Shown: piece after piece, positions 38,295 through 49,092 of the stretch
How positions within the stretch are numbered: the stretch's first letter is position 1
Layout of the letters: every line of letters begins with the position of its first letter
NCBI GenBank assembly: GCA_963667845.2
Contig: CAXXVL010000002.1
Location: forward strand, 2,720,001-2,784,000
Direction: 5' to 3'
Origin: Smithellaceae bacterium
GTDB lineage: Bacteria > Desulfobacterota > Syntrophia > Syntrophales > Smithellaceae
Length of the DNA: 64,000 nucleotides
Notes under the pieces: model-generated
Seen by the model: only the letters and a program-made list of their open reading frames with translations
Told to the model about the DNA's origin: nothing
The model's database searches: none
Position numbers and translations under genes: made by a program

Positions 38295-38945
38295 ATGCAT
38301 ATTCCCGATGGATTATTGGCCGCAAACACACTGGCGCCCGCCTGGGCCTTATCGGCGGCGTCGCTTGCCTATGCGGTAAGGAAAACAACTGAAAAACTTA
38401 AAGAGAGAATGGTTCCTCTGATGGGGATTACGTCGGCCTTTATTTTTGCCGTGCAGATGATCAACTTTCCGGTGGCGGGCGGCACTTCGGGGCACCTGTT
38501 TGGCGGTGTGCTGGCCGCGGTGATTCTGGGGCCTTATGCCGGAGCAATCGTCCTCACGTGCGTGCTCATTTTTCAATGCCTGGTGTTTCAGGACGGGGGT
38601 CTTCTGGCGCTGGGTGCGAATATCTTAAATATCGCCATTGTCGGAACACTGGGTGGGTATCTGACTTTTTTCGTCACGAGCCGGGTGATCGGCGGAAGAA
38701 AAGGATTTTTCGCAGGTGCGGCGATTGCCGCCTGGTTCTCGGTCGTCTTGGCCGCGACTCTTTGCGCTCTTGAGCTTGCGCTCTCCGACATCTCCCCTCT
38801 GCGGCTCGTCCTTCCGGCCCTGGCCGGGATCCATGCCCTTATCGGCATTGGGGAGGCCCTCATTACAATGGCCGCTCTGGGTTTTATTTTGAAAGTCAGG
38901 CCTGATTTGATTTACGGATGGGAAGGAAACGATCAATTGAAATGA
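38295..38945 (+). CDS. nikM: ECF Ni/Co transporter S component (NikM/CbiM)
   Basis: N-terminal MHIPDG, GGTSGH and FQDGG. Confidence 0.9.
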   Translation: MHIPDGLLAANTLAPAWALSAASLAYAVRKTTEKLKERMVPLMGITSAFIFAVQMINFPVAGGTSGHLFGGVLAAVILGPYAGAIVLTCVLIFQCLVFQDGGLLALGANILNIAIVGTLGGYLTFFVTSRVIGGRKGFFAGAAIAAWFSVVLAATLCALELALSDISPLRLVLPALAGIHALIGIGEALITMAALGFILKVRPDLIYGWEGNDQLK

Positions 38946-39244
38946 GACGAAGAGAAATCATTTTAGGGGTGTTGATCGCTGTTTTCGTAGCCGTCCTTTT
39001 GTCGCCGCTTGCTTCATCCCGGCCGGACGGTTTGGAGCGTGTTGTCCGCAAGCTCGGTTTCACCGGAAACGGGGAATCCGCGTTTGTCGTTCCTGCGCCG
39101 ATTTCGGATTATCTGTTTCCGGGCATGAAAGATGAATTTCCGGCCGCGGCCGCAGCGGGTCTGATCGGGACCCTCTTGATGTTCGGCATCGGGTGCCTCG
39201 CGGCAGCGGCGCTGAAAAGACGGAAAGGGGATCCCGGCGAATGA
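38942..39244 (+). CDS. PDGLE-domain protein (NikN-like)
   Basis: ASSRPDGLE and two TM helices; ATG overlaps the nikM stop. Confidence 0.85.
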   Translation: MRRREIILGVLIAVFVAVLLSPLASSRPDGLERVVRKLGFTGNGESAFVVPAPISDYLFPGMKDEFPAAAAAGLIGTLLMFGIGCLAAAALKRRKGDPGE

Positions 39245-40023
39245 ACCATTCCTTTCTCGACTGCCACAGCGATATTGACAGCTTGTTGAGCCGTCTGGAT
39301 CCCCGTGTCAAGATCGTCTGCTTTCTCAGCTTTCTCATCCTTATCGGGCTTGCGAAGCCCGGCTGTTCATGGTGCTTCGTTTTCTATGCATTATGGATTG
39401 CCGTACTGACCGGTGTGTCCAGAATTCCTCTAACCTATTTTGTGAAGCGGACTTTGGTGGTGCTGCCCTTCATTCTGTTCACATCGCTGTTCGTGCTGCT
39501 TGCCAAACCGGGCAATCCGGTATTCCAGTATCAAATGGGTCTTTTGCAGATCAGTATCAGTCAGGCGGGATGGATTTTATTTCAAAGCGTCATGATTAAA
39601 GGCCTGCTGTGTGTTCTTTGCCTGGTTTTGCTTACAGCAACCACGCCTTTTCCTCAATTATTGGCCGCGCTGGAGAGCCTGAAGATTCCGAGACTGATTA
39701 CGATGATTCTGTCGTTTATGTATCGCTATATTTTCCTGATTGAAGATGAGGCGATGAAAATATGGCGGGCCATGAAGTCGCGGCACGCGGATGGACCGCG
39801 TATCGTGCTTCTCAGGGCTCTTGCCAACATGATCGGCATTTTGTTTATCCGTTCGTTTGAACGGGGCGAAACCGTTTATCTGGCCATGTGCTCGCGCGGC
39901 TTTGACGGGACGATGCGGCGCCGGTATTCGTTTGCAATCAAAAGGCGCGATTGGGTTTTTCTGCTCAATTTCGCCGCTGTTTTAATCGGCATTCAACTTT
40001 TGGACAATTTCCTTGGAAAATAG
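39241..40023 (+). CDS. nikQ: ECF transporter T component (NikQ/CbiQ)
   Basis: LDPRVK, YRYI, AMKSR and AMCSRGFDG. Confidence 0.9.
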   Translation: MNHSFLDCHSDIDSLLSRLDPRVKIVCFLSFLILIGLAKPGCSWCFVFYALWIAVLTGVSRIPLTYFVKRTLVVLPFILFTSLFVLLAKPGNPVFQYQMGLLQISISQAGWILFQSVMIKGLLCVLCLVLLTATTPFPQLLAALESLKIPRLITMILSFMYRYIFLIEDEAMKIWRAMKSRHADGPRIVLLRALANMIGILFIRSFERGETVYLAMCSRGFDGTMRRRYSFAIKRRDWVFLLNFAAVLIGIQLLDNFLGK

Positions 40024-40705
40024 CATCGTTAAGATTGAAGGTTTGAATTACGCCTATCCCGATGGCACGAGGGCGCTTGAGGACATTCATCTCGATATCG
40101 GGGAAGGCGAATCACTGGGCATTATTGGTTCCAACGGAGCGGGCAAATCCACGTTATTATTTCATTTCAACGGCATATTGCAGGGGCAGGGAAGCATTAC
40201 CGTCTGCGGGCTCAAGATGACGGACCGGAATATTGCCGTGATCCGGCAAAAAGTCGGACTGATTTTCCAGGACCCGGACAGCCAGCTTTTCATGCCGACG
40301 GTGTATGAGGATGTCGGCTTCGGACCCATCAACATGAAGATGAACAAAAAGGAAGTGGACGATGCCGTCCGCAAGGCGCTTCACGACGTGGATATGCTCT
40401 CCCGGATATCACGCTCTTCGCATCACTTAAGCGTGGGAGAGAAGAAAAGAATCGCCATTGCCACTGTTCTCTCCATGAACCCGCAAGTCCTGGCGATGGA
40501 CGAACCGACGAGCAACCTCGATCCGCGCCACCGGCGTGAACTCATTAAATTGCTGAACAGCCTGGAAATGACGAAGGTCATTGCTTCCCACGATTTTGAA
40601 CTGATTGAACAGACCTGCTCGCGTGTGCTGCTGATGGAGAGCGGCAAAATCACCGGGGGCGGTACGTGCACCGCCTTCCTGCCCGAAGCGGCATTGCGCT
40701 GTTAG
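40013..40705 (+). CDS. nikO: ECF transporter ATPase (NikO/CbiO)
   Basis: GSNGAGKST, FQDPDSQLF, LSVGEKKR and MDEPT. Confidence 0.9.
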   Translation: MENSIVKIEGLNYAYPDGTRALEDIHLDIGEGESLGIIGSNGAGKSTLLFHFNGILQGQGSITVCGLKMTDRNIAVIRQKVGLIFQDPDSQLFMPTVYEDVGFGPINMKMNKKEVDDAVRKALHDVDMLSRISRSSHHLSVGEKKRIAIATVLSMNPQVLAMDEPTSNLDPRHRRELIKLLNSLEMTKVIASHDFELIEQTCSRVLLMESGKITGGGTCTAFLPEAALRC

Positions 40706-40771
40706 CCCCGGTTCACCCCCGCCGATCACGATATCCCCGTTATGCATCTGCGATGATCCCGGGCACGTCCG

Positions 40772-42853
40772 TTATCCGCGGATCATTCCACGGAACCGGG
40801 CGTAATCCACCAGGCGGCTAAAAGCATAGATCGCACGCTCCGGCGTCGGGTAGCACGGAACGGAAAGCGCTCGAAATCCCTCGTGGATGTGGGCTATTTC
40901 TTTTGCCGTGCCGCCGTAGCAGCTTACCAGAACGGGCTTGTGCGGATGAGAGGCGATAATGTCCGCAAAAGCCTGGGAGATATCAAACACGCTTTCCGGC
41001 ATTACGACAAAGATAACGAGCAGGGCGTCAATATCCTTCTGGTCCATCAGACATTGACTGATATGCCGCATCGCTTTGTGCGAGCCGTGCTGTTCGATGG
41101 CGGACCATGTGTCGATGGGATTGCGCACCGGAGCCCACGGGGGCATAACCTCGCCCAGTCTCACAAGGGTGGCGGGGGTGAGCGCGGGTATTGCCAGATC
41201 GTATTCCTCGGCGGCATCCGTAGCGGCCACGCAGCCCATACCGGTAATGGAGATGACTCCCAGACGATTCCCCCGCGGCAGCGGTAGCTTGTCGAAGGCG
41301 GCGAGCGTATCGAAAAAGGCTTCGGCATCGTGCACGCGCATCAGGCCCGTTTTGCTGCAGACCGCGCCGAAGACCGCGTCCGATCCGGCGAGCGATCCTG
41401 TATGCGAAGCAATGGCTGCCGCACCGGCCTCACTGCGGCCCGCTTTCAGCACCACAACAGGCTTTTTCTGACAGGCCCGGCCTGCTGCCCGGATGAAGCG
41501 GGGTCCATCGACCACGCCTTCCAGGTACAGGCCGATTGTCGCCGTTTCCGTATCGTCGGTCAGATATTCCAGGAGGTCGCTCTCATTGATATCTCCCTTG
41601 TTGCCGATACAGGCGACCTTGGCCACGCCAAAAGGCTTCGCATCGGCTATCCAGCGGCCCCAGCCCGAGGAGAAAACGCCCGACTGTCCGATAATGGACA
41701 CGCCTCCGGCTGTGATGGGTTCAAGGCCGGCAATGGAGGTCGCGAGGCCCGCAGACGGGTTGATTGTGCCGATGCTGTTGGGTCCCATAACGCGGATGCC
41801 GGCCCGGCGGGCCTGATCCATAATGACTTTTTGTTCTTCGGCTCCCGCTTCCCCTGTGTCCGAGTACCCGCCCGTGCTGAGGATGACATTCTTGATTCCC
41901 CTGGCGGCGCACTGTGTGAGCGCATCGGACACCGCGGTCTTAGGGATCACGATCATCGCGAGGTCGACCGGAGTCTTTACATCAGTCACACTGGGATAGG
42001 CAGGCATGCCGAGGATTTCTTTGACCGTTGGATTGATGGGATAGATGACGCCCTTGAAGCCCGCCCGATGCATGTTGCGCAGAATGATATTGCCTCCCTT
42101 GCCCGGGCTCCTGGAGGCGCCGATAACGGCCATCGCCTGCGGTTTAAAAAAGGGCGCCACTGTCTCCGGGTCCGGATATCTGGAATGCTGCCGGCGAGGG
42201 TTGCTATCCAATCGGACCAGTGCATCCACGGCCACAGCCCCTTCTGCGTAAGCGATGAAGGGATTGATATCGATCTCGATAATATCCCGGCGCTCGCCCA
42301 TGAGACGCGAGAGAGCCTGGATCGATTGGGCGATGGTTTCAATATCCAAGGCATTCTGGGAGCGGTAGCCATTGAGAAGCGCTGCGCCTTTGAGTCGACG
42401 GAGCATCCCGAGCGCACCTTTTTTGTCCACGGGGGCAAGGTCAATAGCCGTATCGCGGAAGATCTCCGTGAATATTCCACCGATTCCGGCCATCACGACG
42501 GGTCCGAAGACCGGATCGCGTCTTGCGCCCAGGATAAGCTCAGTCCCTGGCCGGGCCATCTTCTGGACCAAAAGCGCATGGGGAATATCGGCGAATCTTT
42601 TTTCCATTTCGCGGACGGCTCTGTCCAGGGAGGGGGCATCCTTGATGTTCAGCACCACCCCGCCCCGCTCGGTTTTATGAGGGACCGCTTCGGAACAGAT
42701 TTTGAGCGCGACTGGATAGCCGAGCAGGTTTGCCGCCTGTGCAGTTTCCGACCCTTTTTTGGACAGAACGTTTTGCGTGACGGGAATTCCCCACTGTGCA
42801 AGCAGGGTTGCACCATCGAATTCATTAAGTGTCGTAATGCTGTCTTTCAACAT
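40772..42853 (-). CDS. ADP-forming acyl-CoA synthetase in beta-alpha domain order
   Basis: N-terminal ATP-grasp (YPVALK, HKTERGGV, DPVFGP, DINP); C-terminal CoA-binding part (IGASRSPGKGG, GPNSIG, SHTGSLAG, NPID). Confidence 0.92.
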   Translation of the reverse strand: MLKDSITTLNEFDGATLLAQWGIPVTQNVLSKKGSETAQAANLLGYPVALKICSEAVPHKTERGGVVLNIKDAPSLDRAVREMEKRFADIPHALLVQKMARPGTELILGARRDPVFGPVVMAGIGGIFTEIFRDTAIDLAPVDKKGALGMLRRLKGAALLNGYRSQNALDIETIAQSIQALSRLMGERRDIIEIDINPFIAYAEGAVAVDALVRLDSNPRRQHSRYPDPETVAPFFKPQAMAVIGASRSPGKGGNIILRNMHRAGFKGVIYPINPTVKEILGMPAYPSVTDVKTPVDLAMIVIPKTAVSDALTQCAARGIKNVILSTGGYSDTGEAGAEEQKVIMDQARRAGIRVMGPNSIGTINPSAGLATSIAGLEPITAGGVSIIGQSGVFSSGWGRWIADAKPFGVAKVACIGNKGDINESDLLEYLTDDTETATIGLYLEGVVDGPRFIRAAGRACQKKPVVVLKAGRSEAGAAAIASHTGSLAGSDAVFGAVCSKTGLMRVHDAEAFFDTLAAFDKLPLPRGNRLGVISITGMGCVAATDAAEEYDLAIPALTPATLVRLGEVMPPWAPVRNPIDTWSAIEQHGSHKAMRHISQCLMDQKDIDALLVIFVVMPESVFDISQAFADIIASHPHKPVLVSCYGGTAKEIAHIHEGFRALSVPCYPTPERAIYAFSRLVDYARFRGMIRG

Positions 42854-43045
42854 GAAAATACCTCCCGGTTCCGCAGTCACAAGCGGTGGTCGAACAGGGC
42901 GTAGACGTATGCCTGCCACTTCGGGAGGGCATCATAGGAAAAGCAAACCGGCGTGTCAACAATATTAATTACAGCGCGCTTGACGTCTTGGGTTCCGATG
43001 CTTAATCATATTTACACTCATAAAAAAAGAAGGCGGTAAAAATAT

Positions 43046-43387
43046 ATGAAAACAAAACATTGCGCAATTCTGGTTTTGTTGTTTTCAATGGTGATCACTC
43101 TTAATGCCGATCAGACCTGGGCCGCTGATTATTCTGCGGGGAAGGCTGTATTTAAGAGCAGATGCCAGGGCTGCCACAGGATCGAGGGAGACGGGAGCTA
43201 TCCGTCCACTTTTTACAAGCAATACCGGCCCAAGGATTTCTCGAAGTCCGCTGCGTGGGAAAATCTGAGCGAAGATAAGATTAGATTTGTCCTGATGAGA
43301 GGTCAAGGGGTTATGCGGCCGATCCCGCTGACAGCGGATCAGACCAATGCCTTGATTGATTACATGAAGCATGAGCTGAAAAAATAG
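43046..43387 (+). CDS. Periplasmic monoheme cytochrome c
   Basis: Signal peptide, CQGCH and a distal Met in GVMRP. Confidence 0.85.
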   Translation: MKTKHCAILVLLFSMVITLNADQTWAADYSAGKAVFKSRCQGCHRIEGDGSYPSTFYKQYRPKDFSKSAAWENLSEDKIRFVLMRGQGVMRPIPLTADQTNALIDYMKHELKK

Positions 43388-43459
43388 AATGCGGTTTATC
43401 CCGCCCCGGATGGTTTGCGCCGCTTTGTGCGGCTGGTGAAGGGATTGCCGTCAGGCAAA

Positions 43460-44470
43460 TCAGCAGATTCTCGGGACGAGTTCGCCCACGGGCAGATCAA
43501 TCATCCGTTCACCGCCGATAGACGTCTTCATCACGACTTGTCCCTGAGAGGCTTTACTGACTCGGCCGATGACGGCGGCATTAACGCCGTATTTGTGCCC
43601 ATGCATGCCCGCCAGTATGGTTTGGGCATCCGATTCCGGACAGAACGCAATCATCTTACCTTCATTAGCCAGAAAAAGAGGATCGAAGCCGAGGATCTCG
43701 CAAATCCCCCGGACATTGTCCCGGACGGGGATGCTTCTCTCGTCAATGTCGATGCGCACCTGCGCGCTTTTGGCGATTTCCGCCAGAATGGCGCCCAGGC
43801 CTCCGCGTGTGGCGTCGCGCATGCAATGAACGTTCGGGCTGGCCGTGAGAATGTCCATGATCAAATCATTAAGCGGCGCGGAATCGGACAGAATATCCGA
43901 CGTGATCGACAGATTTTCCCTGGCCTTAATAATGGCTGCGCCGTGGTCTCCGACAGTACCATTGAGAATAATCACATCACCGGGCCGGATGTTTTTAACG
44001 GACAGAGTTCCCGGATATTCCACAAGGCCGATGCCGGACGTATTAATAAAAATGCCGTCAGCCGCCCCGCGGGCGACGACTTTGGTGTCGCCGGTAACAA
44101 TTTTGACGTTCGCCTCTGCTGCCGCCTCGGCCATGGTTTTGATGATTACTGTAAGCGATTCAAACTCGAATCCCTCTTCCAGAATAAACCCGCAACTCAT
44201 ATAAAGCGGCTTGCCGCCGCAGACGGAAAGGTCGTTAACGGTACCATGGACGGCCAGCGAGCCGATGTTGCCGCCGGGGAAAAAGATAGGGCTGACGACA
44301 TAGGAATCGGTTGTGAAACAGAATCTGCAATTTCCGGCAGTGAATACGGCGCTGTCTTCCAACCGTTCCAGATAGGGGTTTTGAAAAGGAGGCAGGAAAT
44401 GTTCGGCTATGAGTTCGCTCGACAAAAGACCGCCCGCGCCGTGCTCCAGAAGAATTTTGTCGTATTTCAT
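43460..44470 (-). CDS. hypE: Hydrogenase maturation protein HypE
   Basis: HGAGG, TTDSYVVSP, MRDATRGG and C-terminal PRIC. Confidence 0.95.
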   Translation of the reverse strand: MKYDKILLEHGAGGLLSSELIAEHFLPPFQNPYLERLEDSAVFTAGNCRFCFTTDSYVVSPIFFPGGNIGSLAVHGTVNDLSVCGGKPLYMSCGFILEEGFEFESLTVIIKTMAEAAAEANVKIVTGDTKVVARGAADGIFINTSGIGLVEYPGTLSVKNIRPGDVIILNGTVGDHGAAIIKARENLSITSDILSDSAPLNDLIMDILTASPNVHCMRDATRGGLGAILAEIAKSAQVRIDIDERSIPVRDNVRGICEILGFDPLFLANEGKMIAFCPESDAQTILAGMHGHKYGVNAAVIGRVSKASQGQVVMKTSIGGERMIDLPVGELVPRIC

Positions 44471-44472
44471 AT

Positions 44473-46758
44473 CTAGCACCCTTTCTTGATCATCGATCCG
44501 GCAATGACCGCCTGACCGAGCGATAGGCCTCCGTCGTTGGCCGGAATATCTCTGTGGCAATATACATGAAAGCCGGAAAGTTTCAGCTTGTTCATCGTAC
44601 CTGTAAGCAGAATTTTATTCTGAAAACATCCGCCGGAGAGAACGACGCGGGAAAGGCCGGTGGATCTGCGCATTTCATCGGCCATATCCGCGAAGGCCTC
44701 AATCAGCGTCTGATGAAACGATGCTGCCATGCGGGGTCCGCTCTTACCTGTTTCTAGGTCGGCGATGATGGCCCGAATAGCGGCCCCCATGTCCACAATA
44801 CAGGGTTGGCCGCCCGTGCGCAAGAGTTCAAAGGGGTAGGATGCTCCGGAAGATCCAGTGGCCAGGGATTCCAGCTCCATGGCCGCCTGACCTTCAAAAC
44901 TCACTTGCCTGCGCAAACCGATCAGAGCGGCCACGCCGTCAAAGAGTCTGCCCAGTCCCGAAGACAGGGGTGAATGAATTGTATTTTCGATGATCTTATC
45001 GAAAAGATCTCCCTGGGTCTCATCGGAAATCAATTTCAATTTCTGCGCCATTTCTTGCCACTTACGCCCGTAAGCGGTTCTAAGCAGGCTGACAGCTATG
45101 CGCCAGGGTTCATGGATGGCTTTTTCACCGCCGGGCAGCACAAGGTATCGCAGGTGGCCGAATCGTTGAAAATGAGTTTCATCGGCAATCAGGAATTCTC
45201 CGCCCCAGGCGTTGCCGTCCAAACCATAGCCAGTACCGTCCATGGCCAACCCGATCACATCGCCGGTAATCTGATTATCCGCCATGCAGCTCGCAATATG
45301 CGCGTGGTGATGCTGGACAGGGATAATTCTTTCGGCGGTCAGTTCTTTCGCTGCCTGTGTGGAATAGTAGGCCGGGTGAAGATCGCAGGCGATCGTCTGC
45401 GGATCGGAATCCGTGATGCGTTTCATCAAGGCGAGACTTTCATGAAAAAACTCACGGGCCTGCGGCGTTTCCATATCTCCGATATGCGGACTGACAAAGG
45501 CGAAGCTGCCCTTCAGAATGCACTGCGTAGTCTTCAATTGACCACCGAGCGCCAGGACGGGAGGCAGAGAATCTCTGAGGGCGAGAGGCTGCGGAGCATA
45601 GCCGCGTGACCTCCGCATGAATTGCGGATGATCTGCGGCGACGAAAGCGACGGAATCGTCGCAGCGCACGAGAATGTCGCGGTTATGCACCAGAAAATAA
45701 TCGGCGATGCCCTGCAGGCGATTCAGGGCTTCACGGTTTCCTGTTGAGATCGGTTCATCCACCTGGTTGGCGCTGGTCATGACCAGAGCCGCAAAATTGT
45801 CTCTCAGAAGCAGATGGTGCAGCGGTGTATAAGGAAGCATGACGCCGAGATTGGAGACGCCGGGCGCAACCGCCTCCGCAACGAGGCTGTTTTTGATCTT
45901 TTCAAGCAGCACAATCGGACGCCGGGGCGAGGTGAGCAGGGCTTCTTCGTCCGCACTTACCCGGACAATTTGCCTTGTCCGTGCCATATCGCGCACCATG
46001 ATCGCCAGCGGCTTTTCCTCGCGGTATTTGCGAGCGCGGAGTTTTTTCACGGCCTCATCTCGTGCCGCATCGACACTCAAGTGAAAGCCTCCAAGGCCCT
46101 TGATCGCCAGGACGTGACCCCAGGAGAGCAAATCGACAGCGGTCCCGATCGGATCGCGTGCATCTACGGGGCTGCCTTTGGCATTGAGCAGGGTCAGCTG
46201 CGGGCCGCAGACGGGGCAGGCATTGGGTTCGGCATGAAAGCGCCTGTCGGCCGGATTTTCATATTCGGCCTGACATTGGGGACACAGGGGAAAACAGGCC
46301 ATGGACGTGTTGGCGCGGTCATAGGGAATCGTCCGGATGATCGTAAGGCGCGGGCCGCAGTTGGTGCAGTTGATGAACGGATACCGGAAACGCCGGTTTG
46401 CCGGATCGAAGAGTTCGCTAAGACAGTCGGGGCAGGTCGCTGCGTCCGGTGTGATATGGACGTCCGCCGGACCTTGCGCGTCGCTTTCGATGATGCGGAA
46501 ATCATGATCATGGAGGACTGCAATTTCTGCGGATTCAACCTGCGCAACGTGAGCAAGCGGCGGAAGATCACGCCGCACGCCGGCCAGAAAAGAGTCTACC
46601 GCAGCCCGTGGACCTTCTACTTCCGCAATCACGCCGTCCGGCCGGTTCCGGACAAAACCGGCCAGCCCGTTTTGCGCGGCCAGACGGTAAACGAAGGGCC
46701 GGAAGCCGACGCCCTGCACCATGCCGGAAAAAAGATGACGGATTCTTTTTTTGTTCAC
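44473..46758 (-). CDS. hypF: Carbamoyltransferase HypF
   Basis: GMVQGVGFRPFVY, two Zn fingers, QHHHAH, DGTGYG and PANDGGLSLGQ; GTG start inferred. Confidence 0.95.
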   Translation of the reverse strand: MNKKRIRHLFSGMVQGVGFRPFVYRLAAQNGLAGFVRNRPDGVIAEVEGPRAAVDSFLAGVRRDLPPLAHVAQVESAEIAVLHDHDFRIIESDAQGPADVHITPDAATCPDCLSELFDPANRRFRYPFINCTNCGPRLTIIRTIPYDRANTSMACFPLCPQCQAEYENPADRRFHAEPNACPVCGPQLTLLNAKGSPVDARDPIGTAVDLLSWGHVLAIKGLGGFHLSVDAARDEAVKKLRARKYREEKPLAIMVRDMARTRQIVRVSADEEALLTSPRRPIVLLEKIKNSLVAEAVAPGVSNLGVMLPYTPLHHLLLRDNFAALVMTSANQVDEPISTGNREALNRLQGIADYFLVHNRDILVRCDDSVAFVAADHPQFMRRSRGYAPQPLALRDSLPPVLALGGQLKTTQCILKGSFAFVSPHIGDMETPQAREFFHESLALMKRITDSDPQTIACDLHPAYYSTQAAKELTAERIIPVQHHHAHIASCMADNQITGDVIGLAMDGTGYGLDGNAWGGEFLIADETHFQRFGHLRYLVLPGGEKAIHEPWRIAVSLLRTAYGRKWQEMAQKLKLISDETQGDLFDKIIENTIHSPLSSGLGRLFDGVAALIGLRRQVSFEGQAAMELESLATGSSGASYPFELLRTGGQPCIVDMGAAIRAIIADLETGKSGPRMAASFHQTLIEAFADMADEMRRSTGLSRVVLSGGCFQNKILLTGTMNKLKLSGFHVYCHRDIPANDGGLSLGQAVIAGSMIKKGC

Positions 46759-46762
46759 GTTC

Positions 46763-47419
46763 CTATTTCTTGAAGGTATCGATCTGTTCGCCGAGCCAGC
46801 TAAACCAGGCTGTAAGTCCCGCACCGCTCTTGCAGGACACTTCAAAGATCTTTAAATCCTTATTCAAAGCCAGCGCGTCGCGTCTGGCCTTTTCGAGATC
46901 AAAATCGACGTAAGGGAGAAGGTCCATCTTGTTGATGAGCAGCGCCGAGGATTCCTGGAACATCAGAGGATATTTGGCGGGTTTGTCCGCTCCTTCCGGT
47001 GTGCTGAGCAGCATGATCTTCATGTTTTCGCCGATTTTGAATTCGGCCGGGCAAACCAGATTACCGACATTTTCGACAATGAGCAGATCAATATTACCGA
47101 AATCAAAGGCGGGAAAAGTCTCCCGGATCATGTTGCCGTCGATGTGACAGGCGCCGCCCGTGTTGATCTGGACGACGGGGATGTCGAGTTTGGCGATGCG
47201 GTCCGCATCATACGTGTCCTGCACGTCGCCTTCGATCACGGCAATTCCGTACCGGTCCCGCAGCGCGACGATGGTTTGTTCGACAAGCGATGTCTTTCCC
47301 GCGCCCGGGGAACTCATCAAGTTGATGACAAACATCTTATGCCGGTCAAAAAGTTGTCTGTTTTCCTCCGCGATGCGATTGTTGGCGTCCAGGACATTCT
47401 TAACCACGGTTACTTTCAC
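46763..47419 (-). CDS. hypB: Hydrogenase nickel incorporation GTPase HypB
   Basis: SSPGAGKT, GACH, ENVGNLVCP and NKMD. Confidence 0.95.
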   Translation of the reverse strand: MKVTVVKNVLDANNRIAEENRQLFDRHKMFVINLMSSPGAGKTSLVEQTIVALRDRYGIAVIEGDVQDTYDADRIAKLDIPVVQINTGGACHIDGNMIRETFPAFDFGNIDLLIVENVGNLVCPAEFKIGENMKIMLLSTPEGADKPAKYPLMFQESSALLINKMDLLPYVDFDLEKARRDALALNKDLKIFEVSCKSGAGLTAWFSWLGEQIDTFKK

Positions 47420-47432
47420 TCACTGACCTCCG

Positions 47433-48521
47433 TTAATGATATTTGTAGTAGGTGGAACAGGTGCCTTCCGATGAAACCATACAGGGACCGACAGGATTGA
47501 CCGGAGTGCAGACCTTTTTGAATAAAAAACAATCGTGCGGCAGTTTGATGCCGCGCAGAATATCGCCGCAGCTGCAGCCCGGGGGATCGCCTGTCTGAAT
47601 ATCCGGGACGGGGAATTTATTCAGTGTATCGAAGACTGCAAATTCGCTCTTCAGGGTAAGGCCGCTTGCCGGGATCGTACCCAGACCCCGCCATGCGGCA
47701 TCCGCGGTTTCAAAAACGGACTTAAGCAGGGTTATCGCGCGTATGTTTCCGTCGGACTTCACGCCGCGGCTATACTGGACGGCGACCCCCGCCTTTCCGC
47801 TTTCGACTTGCTGCAAAAGCATCCAAATGCCTTCAAGAATATCCACCGGTTCGAAGCCCGTGATCACGGCGGCACGACCCTTGTCGGGTATCATCTGATA
47901 GGCGGCGGCGCCAATCATCGTGCTGACATGGCCCGGACACAGAAATCCATCAATATTGAGCAGCGGGTCGGCAAGTAAGGCGTGGATAGCCGGCGGAACA
48001 ATCTTGTGAACCGAGAACACAGTAAGATTCGCAATGCCTCGTTTCCGGCAACTCGCGATGACGGCGGCAATAGTCGGCGCAGTTGTTTCAAAGCCGATGC
48101 CCATCATGATGATTTCTTTCCGGGGATGGGCCAGAGCAATGCCGATGCATTCGTCGGCGGAAGAGACTACCCGTACATCGCAGCCTGCCGCACGCCTTTT
48201 TTGCAGACTGTCGCCGCCGGTTCCCGGCACCCTCAGCATATCGCCGAACGTGGCGAAAATGGCATTGGGCAGGCTGGAAAGATACAGGGCCAAATCCACG
48301 TCGCGAGCCGACGTGACACAAACCGGGCAACCGGGACCGGAGATCAGACGAATGTTTTCGGGAAGAAGTTTGCGGATGCCGAAGCGTCCGATGGCCTGGG
48401 TGTGGCTGCCGCAGATTTCCATGATGGTGACCTGACGTTCGATCCGCCCTGCCGCGGCCTGAATGTGTTTCAGGAGGCCGGCGACCAGAGCGGGGTCCCG
48501 GTATTCATCAATAAATTTCAT
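47433..48521 (-). CDS. hypD: Hydrogenase formation protein HypD
   Basis: EICGSHT, GPGCPVC, GFETT, PGHV and CMVSSEGTC. Confidence 0.95.
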   Translation of the reverse strand: MKFIDEYRDPALVAGLLKHIQAAAGRIERQVTIMEICGSHTQAIGRFGIRKLLPENIRLISGPGCPVCVTSARDVDLALYLSSLPNAIFATFGDMLRVPGTGGDSLQKRRAAGCDVRVVSSADECIGIALAHPRKEIIMMGIGFETTAPTIAAVIASCRKRGIANLTVFSVHKIVPPAIHALLADPLLNIDGFLCPGHVSTMIGAAAYQMIPDKGRAAVITGFEPVDILEGIWMLLQQVESGKAGVAVQYSRGVKSDGNIRAITLLKSVFETADAAWRGLGTIPASGLTLKSEFAVFDTLNKFPVPDIQTGDPPGCSCGDILRGIKLPHDCFLFKKVCTPVNPVGPCMVSSEGTCSTYYKYH

Positions 48522-48738
48522 TTTCGATGATGTCCTGCAAAAATTTCAGTTTCTCCCGGGCCTGCTCCGGATCAATCTTGTGGATGGCATACCCCGCGTG
48601 ACTGATGACAAAGTCGCCGACGCGGGCCTCTTCATCCACGATATCCAGACAAACCTCGCGGCGCGTGCCGCTGATATCGATGATCGCGTAATTGTCCTGG
48701 TCAATGGAAATAATTTTTCCTGGAAATCCGATACACAT
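48508..48738 (-). CDS. hypC: Hydrogenase chaperone HypC
   Basis: MCIGFPG...VGDFVISHAGYAI. Confidence 0.93.
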   Translation of the reverse strand: MCIGFPGKIISIDQDNYAIIDISGTRREVCLDIVDEEARVGDFVISHAGYAIHKIDPEQAREKLKFLQDIIENEIY

Positions 48739-48747
48739 AAAATAATC

Positions 48748-49092
48748 CTAATCTACATCCATTTCGAGAATTTGTAGTTCCTCCGTTCCCGCGGTCAGCA
48801 GGACTTCGAGGCCGCCGCAGGAAGGACATGTGCCAGTGTGTCCTTTGACTTCCGAATCCTTTTCGCAGGAGAAGCAATGGATAACAGCCGGCAAAATTTT
48901 GAAGTCCAGTTCCGCGCCCTCGGCAGCCGTATTTTGGGCCTGGACGTCAAAGGCAAATTGCAGTGCTTGGGGTTCAATGCAGGAAAGCCGGCCATAGGAC
49001 AGCATAACGGAGTTGACTTTCTTAAAGTCCTGCAGCTTTGCGTAATCCTGAACAATATCGATGATGGATTCGGCCAGGTAAAGTTCATGCAC
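48748..49092 (-). CDS. hypA: Hydrogenase nickel metallochaperone HypA
   Basis: MHE N-terminus and two CxxC motifs. Confidence 0.93.
   Translation of the reverse strand: MHELYLAESIIDIVQDYAKLQDFKKVNSVMLSYGRLSCIEPQALQFAFDVQAQNTAAEGAELDFKILPAVIHCFSCEKDSEVKGHTGTCPSCGGLEVLLTAGTEELQILEMDVD

Noticed and set aside
40706..40771. Fragment resembling an ABC ATPase C-terminus (QMHNGDIV) on the minus strand
   Set aside because: Too short, and frameshifts are needed to extend it.
41330..42904. Long antisense ORFs (524 aa here; also 13668-14882, 3649-4713, 43415-44476, 45814-46773, 57059-57982)
   Set aside because: They are shadow ORFs opposite well-supported genes and carry no recognisable motifs.
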